This document shows positions 39,203 to 54,100 of a stretch of 64,000 bases of DNA, piece by piece. This stretch comes from Nemertoderma westbladi (lineage: Eukaryota > Animalia > Xenacoelomorpha): the NCBI GenBank assembly GCA_032718475.1, contig JAUCBJ010008839.1, positions 1 to 64,000 on the forward strand, given 5' to 3'. Within the stretch, counting starts at the first letter, position 1. Every line of letters begins with the position of its first letter. The translations under genes were made by a program, and so were the position numbers. The notes beneath the pieces are model-generated. The model made no database searches, was not told the origin of the DNA, and was given only the letters and a program-made list of their open reading frames with translations.

Positions 39203-41010
39203 GTTGCAGATCGGATAGGGTTGGGGTCCATGGTGCCGAGGTTGGGGGCCGTGTTGCAGATCGGATAGGGTTGGGGTCCATGGTGCCGAGGATGGAGGCC
39301 GTGTTGCAGATCGGATAGGGTTGGGGTCCATGGTACCGAGGATGGAGGCCGTGTTGCAGATCGGATAGGGTTGTTGGGTCCATGGTTCCGAGGATGGAGG
39401 CCGTGTTGCAGATCGGATAGGGTTGGGTCCATGGTGCCGAGGATGGAGGCCGTGTTGCAGATCGGATAGGGTTGGGGTCCATGGTACTGAGGATGGAGGC
39501 CGTGTTGCAGATCGGATAGGGTTGGGGTTCATGGTGCCGAGGATGGAGGCCGTGTTGCAGATCGGATAGGGTTGTTGGGTCCATGGTTCCGAGGATGGAG
39601 GCCGTGTTGCAGATCGGATAGGGTTGTGGTCCATGGTGCCGAGGATGGAGGCCGTGTTGCAGATCGGATAGGGTTGTGGTCCATGGTGCCGAGGATGGAG
39701 GCCGTGTTGCAGATCGGATAGGGTTGTGGTCCATGGTGCCGAGGATGGAGGCCGTCTTGGTGATTGGATAGGGTTGGGGTCCATGGTGCCAAGGATGGAG
39801 GCCGTGTTGCAGATCGGATAGGGTTGTTGGGTCCATGGTTCCGAGGATGGAGGCCGTGTTGCAGATCGGATAGGGTTGTGGTCCATGGTGCCAAGGATGG
39901 AGGCCGTGTTGCAGATCGGATAGGGTTGTTGGGTCCATGGTTCCGAGGATGGAGGCCGTGTTGCAGATCGGATAGGGTTGTGGTCCATGGTGCCGAGGAT
40001 GGAGGCCGTGTTGCAGATCGGATAGGGTTGTGGTCCATGGTGCCAAGGATGGAGGCCGTGTTGCAGATCGGATAGGGTTGTTGGGTCCATGGTTCCGAGG
40101 ATGGAGGCCGTGTTGCAGATCGGATAGGGTTGTGGTCCATGGTGCCAAGGATGGAGGCCGTGTTCCAGATCGGATAGGGTTGGGGTCCATGGTGCCGAGG
40201 ATGGAGGCCGTGTTGCCGATCGGATAGGGTTGTGGTCCATGGTGCCAAGGATGGAGGCCGTGTTGCAGATCGGATAGGGTTGGGGTCCATGGTGCCGAGG
40301 ATGGAGGCCGTGTTGCAGATCGGATAGTGTTGGGGTCCATTGTGCCGAGGATGGAGTCCGTGTAGCCGATCGGATAGGGTTGGGGTCCATGGTGCCGAGG
40401 ATGGAGGCCGTGTTGCAGATCGGATAGTGTTGGGGTCCATTGTGACGAGGATGGAGACCGTGTAGCCGATCGGATCGGGTTGGGGTCCATGGTGCCGAGG
40501 ATGGAGGCCGTGTTACAGATCGGATAGGGTTGGGGTCCATGGTGCCGAGGATGGAGGCCGTGTTGCAGATCGGATAGTGTTGGGGTCCATTGTGCCGAGG
40601 ATGGAGTCCGTGTAGCCGATCGGATAGGGTTGGGGTCCATGGTGCCGAGGATGGAGGCCGTGTTGCAGATCGGATAGTGTTGGGGTCCATTGTGACGAGG
40701 ATGGAGACCGTGTAGCCGATCGGATCGGGTTGGGGTCCATGGTGCCGAGGATGGAGGCCGTGTTACAGATCGGATAGGGTTGGGGTCCATGGTGCCGAGG
40801 ATGGAGGCCGTGTTGCAGATCGGATAGGGTTGGGGTCCATGGTGCCGAGGATGGAGGCCGTGTAGCCGATCGGATAGGGTTGGGGTCCATGGTGCCGAGG
40901 ATGGAGGCCGTGTTGCAGATCGGATAGGGTTGGGGTCCATGGTGCCGAGGATGGAGGCCGTGTTGCCGATCGGATAGGGTTGCGGTCCATGTACCGAGGA
41001 TGGAGGCCGT
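39203..41010. repeat. 50-bp minisatellite (~36 units)
   Basis: gtgttgcagatcggatagggttggggtccatggtgccgaggatggaggcc, with 52-bp variants and a 250-bp higher-order duplication. Confidence 0.97.
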
Positions 41011-42397
41011 GGATATTACTTTCACGAACGCTGAGAACCTTTTAAACCTCGAGATACTGGTAGTAATGATACTGCAGATTATTGTGGATGATCGCGAACC
41101 GCGATGTGTTTAGCAGTTTTCAGAGGGGCCCAACAATGCATCATAGGGATGTGTGACCATCCATATATACCGGTATGGAAGCGTAAGGGTGTATGCACAG
41201 TATGTAGGCGTACGGTTCCAATACATCGTATTGAAACATTTCATTAAAACGTAAAACAGCAATTAGTGTTTCTACTAAATGTTCATGCGAAATTAAATGG
41301 TTTCCAAAAACTTTGGCGTGGTTCTAATTTGACACGTGCACGTTAAGCACAATATTAACGGGTTTTATAGAAGGCCTCCTCAGACTAACAGCAGGCTTCA
41401 GTCGACGCCCATACCCGCTACCTATTCCAATCGAATTACGTCAACTTTGATGACATTGACGCGCCGAGACACAATAATTAGCGCCATTTATAGGCATTCT
41501 TGACTTCTTGGTAGCTGTTATAAAGTAGCGTTAACAACTATCTACATTGAATATATAGTAATGGAGATATATGAGTATCTTTTAGAGAACCTGTATATGA
41601 GAAATGGATAATATTGAAATATTAAAACCGTTACTGCGACTGCGTCATATTTTTATTGTAATTTTCGTTGCAAGAATTCAGCAATGGGTTCGAACTGGTG
41701 AGTGGTGACCCCCAAGATGGAATTCTGGCGCTGCGCTGGCGCCTCACAATGGCGACAGGAAATGACAGTTTGGCGGCCATGAAGACGTAAAGTGCGGACA
41801 TTCAAGATATCAGGTAATACTTTCAGGACTACCTTTTATATGATTCGAAATATGATTCGAAATAATATTCATTTCCGCATTTGCTTAGCTGTGCCCAACG
41901 ATAACTTCATTAATATGAAATCACTCATTCATCCAAAATACCATTCATGTTTTTATGGCATCAGTAATTTAATGCGGAACACCGCGCAAAAAAGGATAAG
42001 ACAATAAAAAGTAGTCAATAAAGTATGATTTAGGCCTACATGAGTTACCTTAGTTTAATGAGTTCGGGACTAAGGCAATGTATTTCGCAATCAAGATTCA
42101 CGAAATTGTTGTCGACGAGTTATTTGAGAAGATAAAAACTTACATCTGAATCTTTAATAACTCTTGAAAGTTTATGAATAATCACCACTGGGTGTAAACA
42201 TCTAATAAAATACTGTAGGTACAACAAAGTGCTAGAATTTTTTGAGCTTGTCTCGAAACTAAACTCTTGGTAGATAGGCCTACAAGTGCTGCAGTTAAAC
42301 AAAGGGTTGGTTTTACATAAGATATTACTTGTATTATACGCAGCTAGTTTTTCAATTAGACCGTACATTTTTATTTCCAACATTTAAAATAAATAAA

Positions 42398-43575
42398 CGC
42401 CACTAATTGAATGATTTCACACCAAAAAAAATTATTTAGCACCAAATATATCTTTTTGTAGCACCAATTTACATCCCCCAATTTTGAATATCTCTCTCAC
42501 CAAAAACAATTAGTCATCCCCCAAAAACAATTAGTCATCCCCCAAAAACAATTAGTCATCCCCCAAAAACAATTATTCTTTCCTCCCCCAAAAACAATTA
42601 TTCATCACCCCAAAAACAATTATTCAATCTCCCTAAAATAATTATTTGTCAACCAAAAATAATTCTTCCAGCACCAAATATTTTATGGAAAATTTAATTA
42701 TACAAATATTTTCAATATTTATTTCCATAAATCAAACAAAATGTTTGATCATATTCCTACCAATGATTCTCGGGTGAGTACAAAACACAGACCCAATTAT
42801 GAAGACCTGCATAATCTTGTAACATGTTAACTTTTGTTTATTATTTTGGTTCCCCCAACACGCCTCTGTAACCTGCTTCTTTACAAACCTGCTCCTTTAA
42901 ATGGCAATGGGACCTAAACGCTCTTTGGGACCTAACGTTCTTGGGTCCCAATGCGAGATTAGGACATGTACAGAAACAGAACGGCAGTATCCCAACCAAG
43001 TCTTGGTTGGGTCTTTGTTTTGTACTCACCCGACGATCGAAAATATGAATTTATTTTGGGGGGAAATTTATTTATTTTAGGGGAAAATGTATTTATTTTG
43101 GGGGAAAATGTATTTATTTTGGGAAAATTTTTATTTATTTTGGGAAAATTTGTTTTTATTTTGGGAAAATTTGTATTTAATTTGGGATAATTGTATTTAT
43201 TTTGGGAAACTTTGTATTTATTTTGGGAAAATTTGTATTTATTTTGGGAAAATTTGTATTTATTTTGGGAAACTTTGTATTTATTTTGGGAAAATTTGTA
43301 TTTATTTTGGGAAAATTTGTATTTATTTTGGGAAAATTTGTATTTATTTTGGGGGTTTTGTCATTTATTATTTTGGTGTGAATAATTGGTTTTGGGGAGC
43401 ATTTATTTATTTTGGTGTTGTATAATTGTTCTTGATGTTTGAATAATTTTATTTGGGGTGACTTTATTTTATTTGGTGTTGAATAATTTTTTTGGGATCA
43501 CATTATTTAAATTGGTATAATATAATTTTTTGGTGAAATTTTCATCGATTTTGGTATGACTTTAATTGGTAGCCA
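42398..43575. mobile_element. Foldback-like element with tandem-repeat arms
   Basis: Left arm has ~21-bp ccccaaaaacaattagtcat repeats; right arm has oppositely oriented 21-bp ttgtatttattttgggaaaat repeats. Confidence 0.65.
42770..43033. mobile_element. MITE related to family A, nested in the foldback centre
   Basis: TIRs tcgggtgagtacaaaacacagaccca / tgggtctttgttttgtactcacccga; interior matches family A. Confidence 0.75.
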
Positions 43576-43578
43576 TAA

Positions 43579-43641
43579 ATAAATGACAAATTTCTTAGAT
43601 TGTTGCGTTGAACGCAACAATCTAAGAAATTTGTTATTTAT
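43579..43641. repeat. Near-perfect 63-bp palindrome
   Basis: 31-bp arms, one mismatch, 1-nt centre at 43610. Confidence 0.9.
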
Positions 43642-45979
43642 ATTTCAGAAATCCCTGGATTTTACGAAGAGAGTTGAACCATTTATTTAATTTCCTTAAA
43701 CTAACGCAATATATTTAATAAAGTTGATGAAGCAAAAAGCAATCTGTGAAGTGGGCTCAGAAAATCCCAACCAGGTGCAAGCTTTTCTAATCTTTGCAGT
43801 TTAGATCAATTTTGGTGATTGTTGGTAACTGATATAGGCCTGCAGTACGTGATACCCCCCCACACATGGTGCTGCTGTCAACAGGGAGAGTATATCATCC
43901 TTTATAATCCCACTTCAGCCACCCATCTAATGAGCTTCCATGAGTTAGTTACATTGTCTTCCCTCCTTTTTTGATAGGCTACTTCATGTTATTAAGAATT
44001 TCAAAGGTAAGTTTCCATTGGCCAATCTTGTTTAATTAATTATCCAATGAAATTCTAAATACCATTGCATTATTGGCAGCAAGTGAATATCATATAAACA
44101 TTTTGGAAAGCACAGAACAACGTAGTATTTTTGGATTTTCCTTGTAAAGTTGTTTTACTACACTAAATTATATTAATTATTATTAATTTGGTTACAGAAA
44201 CCGAAACGAACTATGTATTACTTCGGGGTCAGGCACATAGCAGCTCTACTAATGTGAAGTTTAGTACATTCGAAACCCTTTGTTAATTATTAACTGTCCA
44301 TTAAACTATTGTAACAGACCTAATTGCCGCTCCCCTAATTTTGTTTTGTGTTTAGTTTGGGTAGGCCTGTTCCGTATGGTATAGTCGTGAGAGTAAAAGC
44401 ATACCAGCCCGTTTCCAGTACCACTCAGCCACACAGGTGCTACAAGGACTCATTTAGCTAATTGTATGACTGTTATGAGGTCCTGCATTAAGTGGCAATA
44501 GCATGAATTCTATTACAATTTGGAAAACTTCGATTATTTTATTTCCTCCCTCTGGCTCTAACGCAAACACCCTATCCCATCGCAACTCCTCTTATCGCCT
44601 TCCTCCTAATCAATATGACCTGCGTCGATTGAGACGGATTATTTTACCGATGGCCAATTGAGAAGGTTGACGTTTTAATCGAAAAGCACTTGGCTTTTAA
44701 AACTGACAAATTAAGTGTAATACAAATAAATTTTTCAAATAGGGTTGGGGTGTGAATATCGTTTGGTTAAAAACTATTGGATGAATCGATTTGAGGGGTG
44801 CAAATGTGCCGCGTTATAAAATCTATTCTCATTGGCTGACTCAGATTCGGTCATTTAGCCTGAATCCGCTGAGACAGGCCCACCGGTGGTACATTACGAT
44901 TACAGGGCGCAGATATAATGTATGTATGATACCGGTACATCCTAACGCGAAGTACTGTATAAAAAAACTAAAACCATACAAATATTTGGCCTCAAACCTT
45001 CTCCACGCCACATTTTAACAACATACAGTACCTTAATAATAAAATTACTTTGACCAATTATTTAAAGCAAAAATAAAATGTGACGTGAAGACTTTTCACG
45101 TCACATTTTCGCGTCAAAATTAAAATGTTGTGAAATCGCTGTCAACTTCACATCAAATTTACAACTATTTCACAACACATTTATAGCCCATAGAAGTCAA
45201 TGTTAGAAAAGTTTGTCTTGTTGTCACCGATATGGGCCATCGTAAACCTTGAAATCGTCTCGCTATTGCGTGGCTCGCCCATCCAGGCAGTTAGTTAAAT
45301 TATTTACAATAATAATTAAATGTGATACTAGTTTCAATTATCTCATTTGGCCTTGAAGGCTGATAGTTTTCCTAAATTGCGATAAAAGATTAACCGGTAA
45401 AAGAACACTCATCAATAATTACTGGTGGTTAATATTTCCCTATTATATGATCACCCTCTGACCTTGCACCATGATGAATCCCAGAACCTGCACCATGGAT
45501 GCAAATTACCACTCCCTAATAGTTTATGCACCGCAGTTGTAGTAGCAGAATCCCGAATAGCTAAAATATAAAAAAAATCTATGAAAAAAAAAAGGAAAAA
45601 TTATGATCAGAATTGGTGCGTGGTAAACCCTCTATCTGTAGTCTTAGTTGTTATGCGAGCTGCGATATATTTTAACAGTTAATATATTACGTAATATCTA
45701 CCAGATTACGTTTTATAAGTGAAGCTACTGTACTACAGTAGTTGTTTTATAGGCACATGTTTGTTTAAATGCTATTCTATTGTTGCAGGTTACATTTTAC
45801 ATACAACATTCCATACATTTGCCATTTTAGAATTATGTAGTTATAGATTATCCTACACACACACGTTGTCGGTTATTAGTTTTGCGACATTCAAAAGAAT
45901 ATACTCCCAGCAGCTTCCCGAAACCACTAATAACTTATTAATTATATTTCATGGACTTTGATACCTGTACGAAGTAACA

Positions 45980-46045
45980 ATGGTACAATTATTACAATTG
46001 CTCTGCGTTGTAGTCAGTGTGTTTGATATTAGCTATGGGAGACAG
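45980..46045 (+). CDS. Astacin-like metalloprotease exon 1 (signal peptide)
   Basis: MVQLLQLLCVVVSVFDISYGRQ, then CAG|GTAAG; phase 0. Confidence 0.65.
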
Positions 46046-47104
46046 GTAAGCAAAGTGTTTTTTACATTATTTTGTACAATAATATGCAGTGGTGGTGGAA
46101 AGTGGTGTACCCATAGATTACATGCATCATCACAATCTGTTTCTCGGTTTCAATCGGTGTTCAATCGGTTTCAGTTCATAAGAGTAACTGTATTATAGAA
46201 CCTTATTGTGGATGTAAGGCGTCGCCCGCAGCTGGTTAGGTTCCTATAACCATATGGATATGAACCTGTTGAAAAATTAACGCTGGGACCTGGTTTCTTA
46301 ATAGGCCTATATAAGGTTAATGAAATATAATGTTTACTATCCTTTTTTTATAGATAATATCAATTCAGTTTTTCCATTTTTTTGAACCGTATCGATCCTT
46401 TTTGTAATTTTTTTGAACTACAGCCTATTCTTTTTTTCTTTTGAAAATATAAATTCCATTTTTTGGCTGGGAGGGCTGGCTGGAGATATCCTATGTATGG
46501 TGATGATGATGAGCTGATAGTTGGTAGTTGATTTCTCTGTAGCCGCCAAACTGCAGCTTATTAACCAATCAAAATAAAGACATTAAAGGGGGCAGATTAT
46601 TGATGTTGCGGATGCGGCCTACAACAATTTTAGTTTTTATCACGGAATTGTATAATGTCTTACAGTTGGCTACTTGTCGTGACCATATAACCTATTAACA
46701 TCTCGCGGAAATTATTCCATTAAGTTACCTATACACTCTACACATACAATCTAACAGCCTAATATACCGAACCGTTTACCAGTAACTGTAAACACTAACT
46801 TTTAACACTGTCGTAAATTTTCAAAACTTTTAAACTTTTTTTTAAAACTTTTTCCTTGATTATATATCGATTCAAAACTTAAGCCGTAAACATTATGAGA
46901 AAATACCATAATACAGTAACTTATCCTACTTTATTATCTTGTGCTTACATGGAATGCTATATATTTATAGATCTCTATTTAGCATTCCATGGCTTAGAGT
47001 ATTTTTTCAGAACTATATATTTTTATATAATATTCTATTATATATATTCTATATTTAATTTTATATATTCTATATTTATTTTTATATATTTTTATTAATT
47101 TCAG

Positions 47105-47173
47105 CTGCCTCTGGAATACAGTTTACATAGACACAAAACCCGCCACGGTTACAAAGAGGACCAAACGCCCGAG
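47105..47173 (+). CDS. Astacin-like metalloprotease exon 2 (propeptide)
   Basis: ttttcag|LPLEYSLHRHKTRHGYKEDQTPE|gtaag; 69 nt, phase 0-0. Confidence 0.6.
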
Positions 47174-47677
47174 GTAAGATGTTCAAAAACAAAGGTGACT
47201 AGACTGAAAATCGAAGTGTTAGTTTCAGTTCCTATTGGAATACTATAAACTATAAACCTACTATAAAAATTTAACATTATTTGGTTTTTTTTATTTCACC
47301 AGAAACAAAATTTAATGAGAATTTCACATTAAAACGGCTTATATGTAGAGATATTTTAGTTCTCGAGTAATCGCTGTATTTCCGTCTACAACTCTGCCCG
47401 CAAATATACTACATAGGGTGCAGCAGTTGTTTTATAGGCACATGTTAGTTTAAATGCTGCTCTATTGTCGCAGGTTACATAGAACATTCCAGACATTTGA
47501 CATTTAGAAACGTATTTATAAATTGTATTGACGTACAACACTGCGTTAGAACTGTCTTAAAAACAATATCTTTAAAACCCACTTAACACCAACAAATAAA
47601 CTACATATTGTTAATTAATAACACATAGGCCTAATGATTGGTTGTCAGATCTACTATGACTAAATTATTTGTTTCAG

Positions 47678-47773
47678 TTTGGACGAATTTACAAAAACTA
47701 CGAGACGTTTCGTGAGAACGCTAACCCAATCGCAGCTGCAAAGGGAAATCATCATAGATTTGTCTCACCTGAG
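47678..47773 (+). CDS. Astacin-like metalloprotease exon 3 (propeptide)
   Basis: tttgtttcag|FGRIYKNYETFRENANPIAAAKGNHHRFVSPE|gtata; 96 nt, phase 0-0. Confidence 0.55.
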
Positions 47774-47921
47774 GTATAAAAATAAATTTACGACCGATCG
47801 AGTTTCTTGCCTTCTTGTCTGTACATACTGATAGCACACCACGGATGAGGTATAAAAATAAATTTACGACCGATCGAGTTTCTTGCCTTCTTGTCTGTAC
47901 ATACTGATAGCACACCACGGA
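47770..47921. repeat. 76-bp exact tandem duplication including the exon 3 donor
   Basis: tgaggtataaaaataaatttacgaccgatcg...cacaccacgga twice. Confidence 0.92.
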
Positions 47922-48149
47922 GCATCAATTTAACTTTAAGATATGGCATAATTTCCATTAATTATTGTTTTCTGTTGTTGTATAGTAGGCCTATAATACA
48001 CCACATTCTTACTCTATCGCACGATGACCAATCGCACTGTAACCGACGACTTGACTGGAAATAATTATGTGTAACTGTGTTGGTATTACGGTGGGTGGGA
48101 ATCTATATAGTGTTTATCAGATGCATGGGCGGTAGTAAATAGGGAGATC

Positions 48150-51100
48150 AGCTGTTGTTGACGTGGACGATAGCACTGCCATAGACACAGCTCTATTGCG
48201 GACGTGGAATATTGCACTGCCATAGACACGGCTCTATTGTGGACGTAGAATATTGCACTGCCATAGACACAGCTCTATTGCGGACGTGGAATATTGCACT
48301 GCCATAGACACGGCTCTATTGTGGACGTAGAATATTGCACTGCCATAGACACAGCTCTATTGCGGACGTGGAATAAGCACTGCCATAGACACAGCTCTAT
48401 TGTGGACGTAGAATATTGCACTGCCATAGACACGGCTCTATTGTGGACGTAGAATATTGCACTGCCATAGAGACAGCTCAATTGTGGACGTAGAATATTG
48501 CACTGCCATAGACACAGCTCTATTGCGGACGTGGAATATTGCACTGCCATAGACACGGCTCTATTGTGGACGTAGAATATTGCACTGCCATAGAGACAGC
48601 TCAATTGTGGACGTAGAATATTGCACTGCCATAGACACAGCTCTATTGTGGACGTAGAATATTGCACTGCCATAGACACGGCTCTATTGTGGACGTAGAA
48701 CATTACACTACCATGGACACGGCTCTATTGTGGACGTAGAATATTGCACTGCCATAGACACGGCTCTATTGTGGACGTAGAATATTGCACTGCCATAGAC
48801 ACGGCTCATTGTGGACGTAGAATATTGCACTGCCATAGACACAGCTCTATTGTGGATGTAGGATATTGCACTGCCATAGACACAGCTCTATTGTGGACGT
48901 GGAAGATTGCACTGCCATAGACACAGCTCTATTGCGGACGTAGAATATTGCACTGCCATAGACACAGCTCTATTGTGGACGTAGAATATTGCACCGCCAT
49001 AGACACGGCTCTATTGTGGACGTAGAATATTGATCTGCCATAGACACAGCTCTATTGTGGACGTGGAATATTGCACTGCCATAGACACGGCTCTATTGTG
49101 GACGTAGAATATTGCACTGCCATAGACACGGCTCTATTATGGACGTGGAATATTGCACTGCCATAGACACGGCTCTATTGTGGACGTGGAATATTGCACT
49201 GCCATAGACACGGCTCTATTGTGGACGTAGAATATTGCACTGCCATAGACACAGCTCTATTGTGGACGTGGAAGATTGCACTGCCATAGACACAGCTCTA
49301 TTGCGGACGTAGAATATTGCACTGTCATAGACACAGCTCTATTGTGGACGTAGGATATTGCACTGCCATAGACACGGCTCTATTGTGGACGTAGAATATT
49401 GCTCTGCCATAGACACAGCTCTATTGTGGACGTGGAATATTGCACTGCCATAAACACGGCTCTATTGTGGACGTAGAATATTGCACTGCCATAGACACGG
49501 CTCTATTGTGGACGTAGAATATTGCACTGCCATAGACACAGCTCTATTGTGGACGTGGAATATTGCACTGCCATAAACTCGGCTCTATTGTGGACGTAGA
49601 ATATTGCACTGCCATAGACACGTTTCTATTGTGGACGTAGAATATTGCACTGCCATAGACACAGCTCTATTGCGGACGTAGAATATTGCACTGCCATAGA
49701 CACAGCTCTATTGTGGACGTAGGATATTGCACTGCCATAGACACGGCTCTATTGTGGACGTAGAATATTGCACTGCCATAGACACAGCTCTATTGTGGAC
49801 GTAGAATATTGCACTGCCATAGACACGGCTCTATTGTGGACGTAGAATGTTGCACTGCCATAGACACAGCTCTATTGTGGAAGTTGAAGGTTGCAGTGCC
49901 ATGACACAACTCTTATTGTGGACGTAGGATATTGCACTGCCATAGACACGGCTCTATTGTGGACGTAGAATATTGCACTGCCATAGACACGTTTCTATTG
50001 TGGACGTAGAATATTGCACTGCCATAGACACAGCTCTATTGTGGACGTAGGATATTGCACTGCCATAGACACGGCTCTATTGTGGACGTAGAATATTGCA
50101 CTGCCATAGACACGGCTCTATTGTGGACGTAGAATATTGCACTGCCATAGACACAGCTCTATTGTGGACGTAGAATATTGCACTGCCATAGACACTGCTC
50201 TATTGTGAACGTAGGATATTGCACTGCCATAGACACGGCTATATTGTGGACGTAGAATATTGCACTGCCATAGACACAGCTCTATTGTGGACGTAGAATA
50301 TTGCACTGCCATAGACATAGCTCTATTGTGGACGTAGGATATTGCACTGCCATAGACACGGCTCTATTGTGGACGTAGAATATTGCACTGCCATAGACAC
50401 AGCTCTATTGTGGAAGTTGAAGGTTGCAGTGCCATGACACAGCTCTATTGTGGACGTAGAATATTGTACTGCCATAGACACAGCTCAATTATGGACGTAT
50501 AAAATTGCACTGCCATAGACACGGCTCTATTGTGGAAGTTGAAGTGCCATGACACAGCTCTATTGTGGACGAAGAATATTGTACTGCCATAGACACAGCT
50601 CTATTGTGGACGTAGGATATTGCACCGCCATAGACACAGCTCTATTGTGGACGTGGAAGATTGCACTGCCATAGACACGGCTCTATTGTGGACGTGGAAG
50701 ATTGCACTGCCATAGACACAGCTCTATTGTGACGTGGAATATTGCACTGCCATAGACACAGCTCTATTGTGGACGTAGAATATTGCACTGCCATAGACAC
50801 AGCTCTATTGTGGACGTAGGATATTGCACCGCCATAGACACGGCTCTATTGTGGACGTAGAATATTGCACTGCCATAGACACAGCTCAATTGTGGACGTA
50901 TAATATTGCACTGCCATAGACACAACTCTATTGTGGACGTGGAAGATTGCACTGCCATAGACACGGCTCTATTGTGGACGTGGAAGATTGCACTGCCATA
51001 GACACAGCTCTATTGTGACGTGGAATATTGCACTGCCATAGACACAGCTCTATTGTGGACGTAGAATATTGCACTGCCATAGACACAGCTCTATTGTGGA

Positions 51101-54100
51101 CGTAGGATATTGCACCGCCATAGACACGGCTCTATTGTGGACGTAGAATATTGCACTGCCATAGACACAGCTCTATTGTGGACGTAGAATATTGCACTGC
51201 CATAGACACAGCTCTATTGTGGACGTAGGATATTGCACTGCCATAGACACCGCTCCATTGTGGACGTGGAATATTGCACTGCCATAAACTCGGCTCCATT
51301 GTGGACGTGGAATATTGCACTGCCATAAACTCGGCTCTATTGTGACGTGGAATATTGCACTGCCATAGACACAGCTCTATTGTGACGTGGAAGATTGCAC
51401 TGCCATAAACACGGCTACTTTGTGGACGTAGAATATTGCACTGCCATAGATACAGCTCTATTGTGGACGTAGAATATTGCACAGTCATAGACACAACTCT
51501 ATTGTGGACGTAGGATATTGCACTGCCATAGACACGGCTCTATTGTGGACGTAGAATATTGCACTGCCATAGACACGGCTCTATTGTGGGCGTAGAATAT
51601 TGCACTGCCATAGACACATCTCTATTGTGGAAATATAATATTGCACTGCCATAGAGACAGCTCTATTGTTGACGTAGAATATTGCACTGCCATAGACACA
51701 GCTCTACAGTGGACGTAGAAGATTACACTGCCATAGACACAGCTCTATTGTGGACGTAGAATATTGCACTGCCATAGACACAGCTCTATTGTGGACGTAG
51801 AATATTGCACTGCCATAGACACGGCTCTATTGTGGACGTAGAATATTGCACTGCCATAGACACAGCTCTATTGTGGAAGTTGAAGGTTGCAGTGCCATGA
51901 CACAGCTCTATTGTGGACGTAGAATATTGCGCTGCCATAGACACAGCTCTATTGTGGACGTAGGATATTGCACTGCCATAGACACGGCTCTATTGTGGAC
52001 GTAGAATATTGCACTGCCATAGACACGGCTCTATTGTGGACGTAGAATATTGCACTGCCATAGACACAGCTCTATTGTGGACGTAGAATATTGCACTGCC
52101 ATAGACACTGCTCTATTCTGAACGTAGGATATTGCACTGCCATAGACACGGCTATATTGTGGACGTAGAATATTGCACTGCCATAGACACAGCTCTATTG
52201 TGGACGTAGAATATTGCACTGCCATAGACATAGCTCTATTGTGGACGTAGGATATTGCACTGCCATAGACACGGCTCTATTGTGGACGTAGAATATTGCA
52301 CTGCAATAGACACAGCTCTATTGTGGAAGTTGAAGGTTGCAGTGCCATGACACAGCTCTATTGTGGACGTAGAATATTGTACTGCCATAGAAACAGCTCA
52401 ATTATGGACGTATAATATTGCACTGCCATAGACACGGCTCTATTGTGGAAGTTGAAGTGCCATGACACAGCTCTATTGTGGACGAAGAATATTGTACTGC
52501 CATAGGCACAGCTCAATTGTGGACGTATAATATTGCACTGCCATAGACACAGCTCTATTGTGGACGTGGAAGATTGCACTGCCATAGACACGGCTCTATT
52601 GTGGACGTGGAAGATTGCACTGCCATAGACACAGCTCTATTGTGACGTGGAATATTGCACTGCCATAGACACAGCTCTATTGTGACGTGGAATATTGCAC
52701 TGCCATAAACACGGCTCCTTTGTGGACGTAGAATATTGCACTGCCATAGACACATCTCTATTGTGGAAATATAATATTGCACTGCCATAGAGACAGCTCT
52801 ATTGTTGACGTAGAATATTGCACTGCCATAGACACAGCTCTACAGTGGACGTAGAATATTACACTGCCATAGACACAGCTCTATTGTGGACGTAGAATAT
52901 TACACTGCCATTGACACAGCTCTATTGTGGACGTAGAATATTGCACTGCCATAGACACAGGTCTATTGTGGACGTGGAATATTACACTGCCATAGACACA
53001 GCTCTACAGTGGACGTAGAAGATTACACTGCCATAGACACAGCTCTATTGTGGACGTAGAATATTGCACTGCCATAGACACAGCTCTATTGTGGACGTAG
53101 AATATTGCACTGCCATAGACACAGCTCTATTGTGGACGTAGAATATTGAACTGCCATAGAGACAGCTCAATTGTGGACGTCGAATATTGCACTGCCATAG
53201 ACACAGCTCTACAGTGGACGTAGAAGATTACACTGCCATAGACACAGCTCTATTGTGGACGTAAAATATTGCACTGCTATAGAGACAGCTCAATTGTGGA
53301 CGTAGAATATTGCACTGTCATAGACACAGCTCTATTGTGGACGTAGAATATTGCACTGCCATAGACACGGCTCTATTGTGGATGTAGTATATTGCACTGC
53401 CATAGACACAGCTCTATTGTGGACGTAGAATATTACACTGCCATAGAGACAGCTCAATTGTGGACGTAGAATATTGCACTCCCATAGACACAGATATATT
53501 ATGGACTTGGGATATTGCACTGCCATAGACACGGCTCTATTGTGGACGTAGAATATTGCACTGCCATAGAGACAGCTCAATTGTGGACGTAGAATATTGC
53601 ACTGCCATAGACACAGCTCTACAGTGGACGTAGAATATTGCACTGCCATAGACACAGCTCAATTGTGGACGTAGAATATTGCACTGCCATAGACACAGCT
53701 CTACAGTGGACGTAGAATATTGCACTGCCATAGACACAGCTCTATTGTGGACGTAAAATATTGCACTGCCATAGAGACAGCTCAATTGTGGACGTAGAAT
53801 ATTGCACTGCCATAGACACAGCTCTATTGTGGACGTAGAATATTACACTGCCATAGAGACAGCTCAATTGTGGACGTAGAATATTGCACTGCCATAGACA
53901 CAGCTATATTATGGACTTGGAACATTGCACTGCCATAGACACGGCTCTATTGTGGAAGTTGAAAGTTGCAGTGCCATGACACAGCTCTATTGTGGACGTA
54001 GAATATTGCACTGCCATAGAGACAGCTCAATTGTGGACGTAGAATATTGCACTGCCATAGAGACAGCTCAATTGTGGACGTAGAATATTGCACTGCCATA

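Noticed and set aside
42966-43425. Hydrophobic repeat ORFs (YLFWENL)
   Set aside because: Translation of the 21-bp foldback arm repeats.
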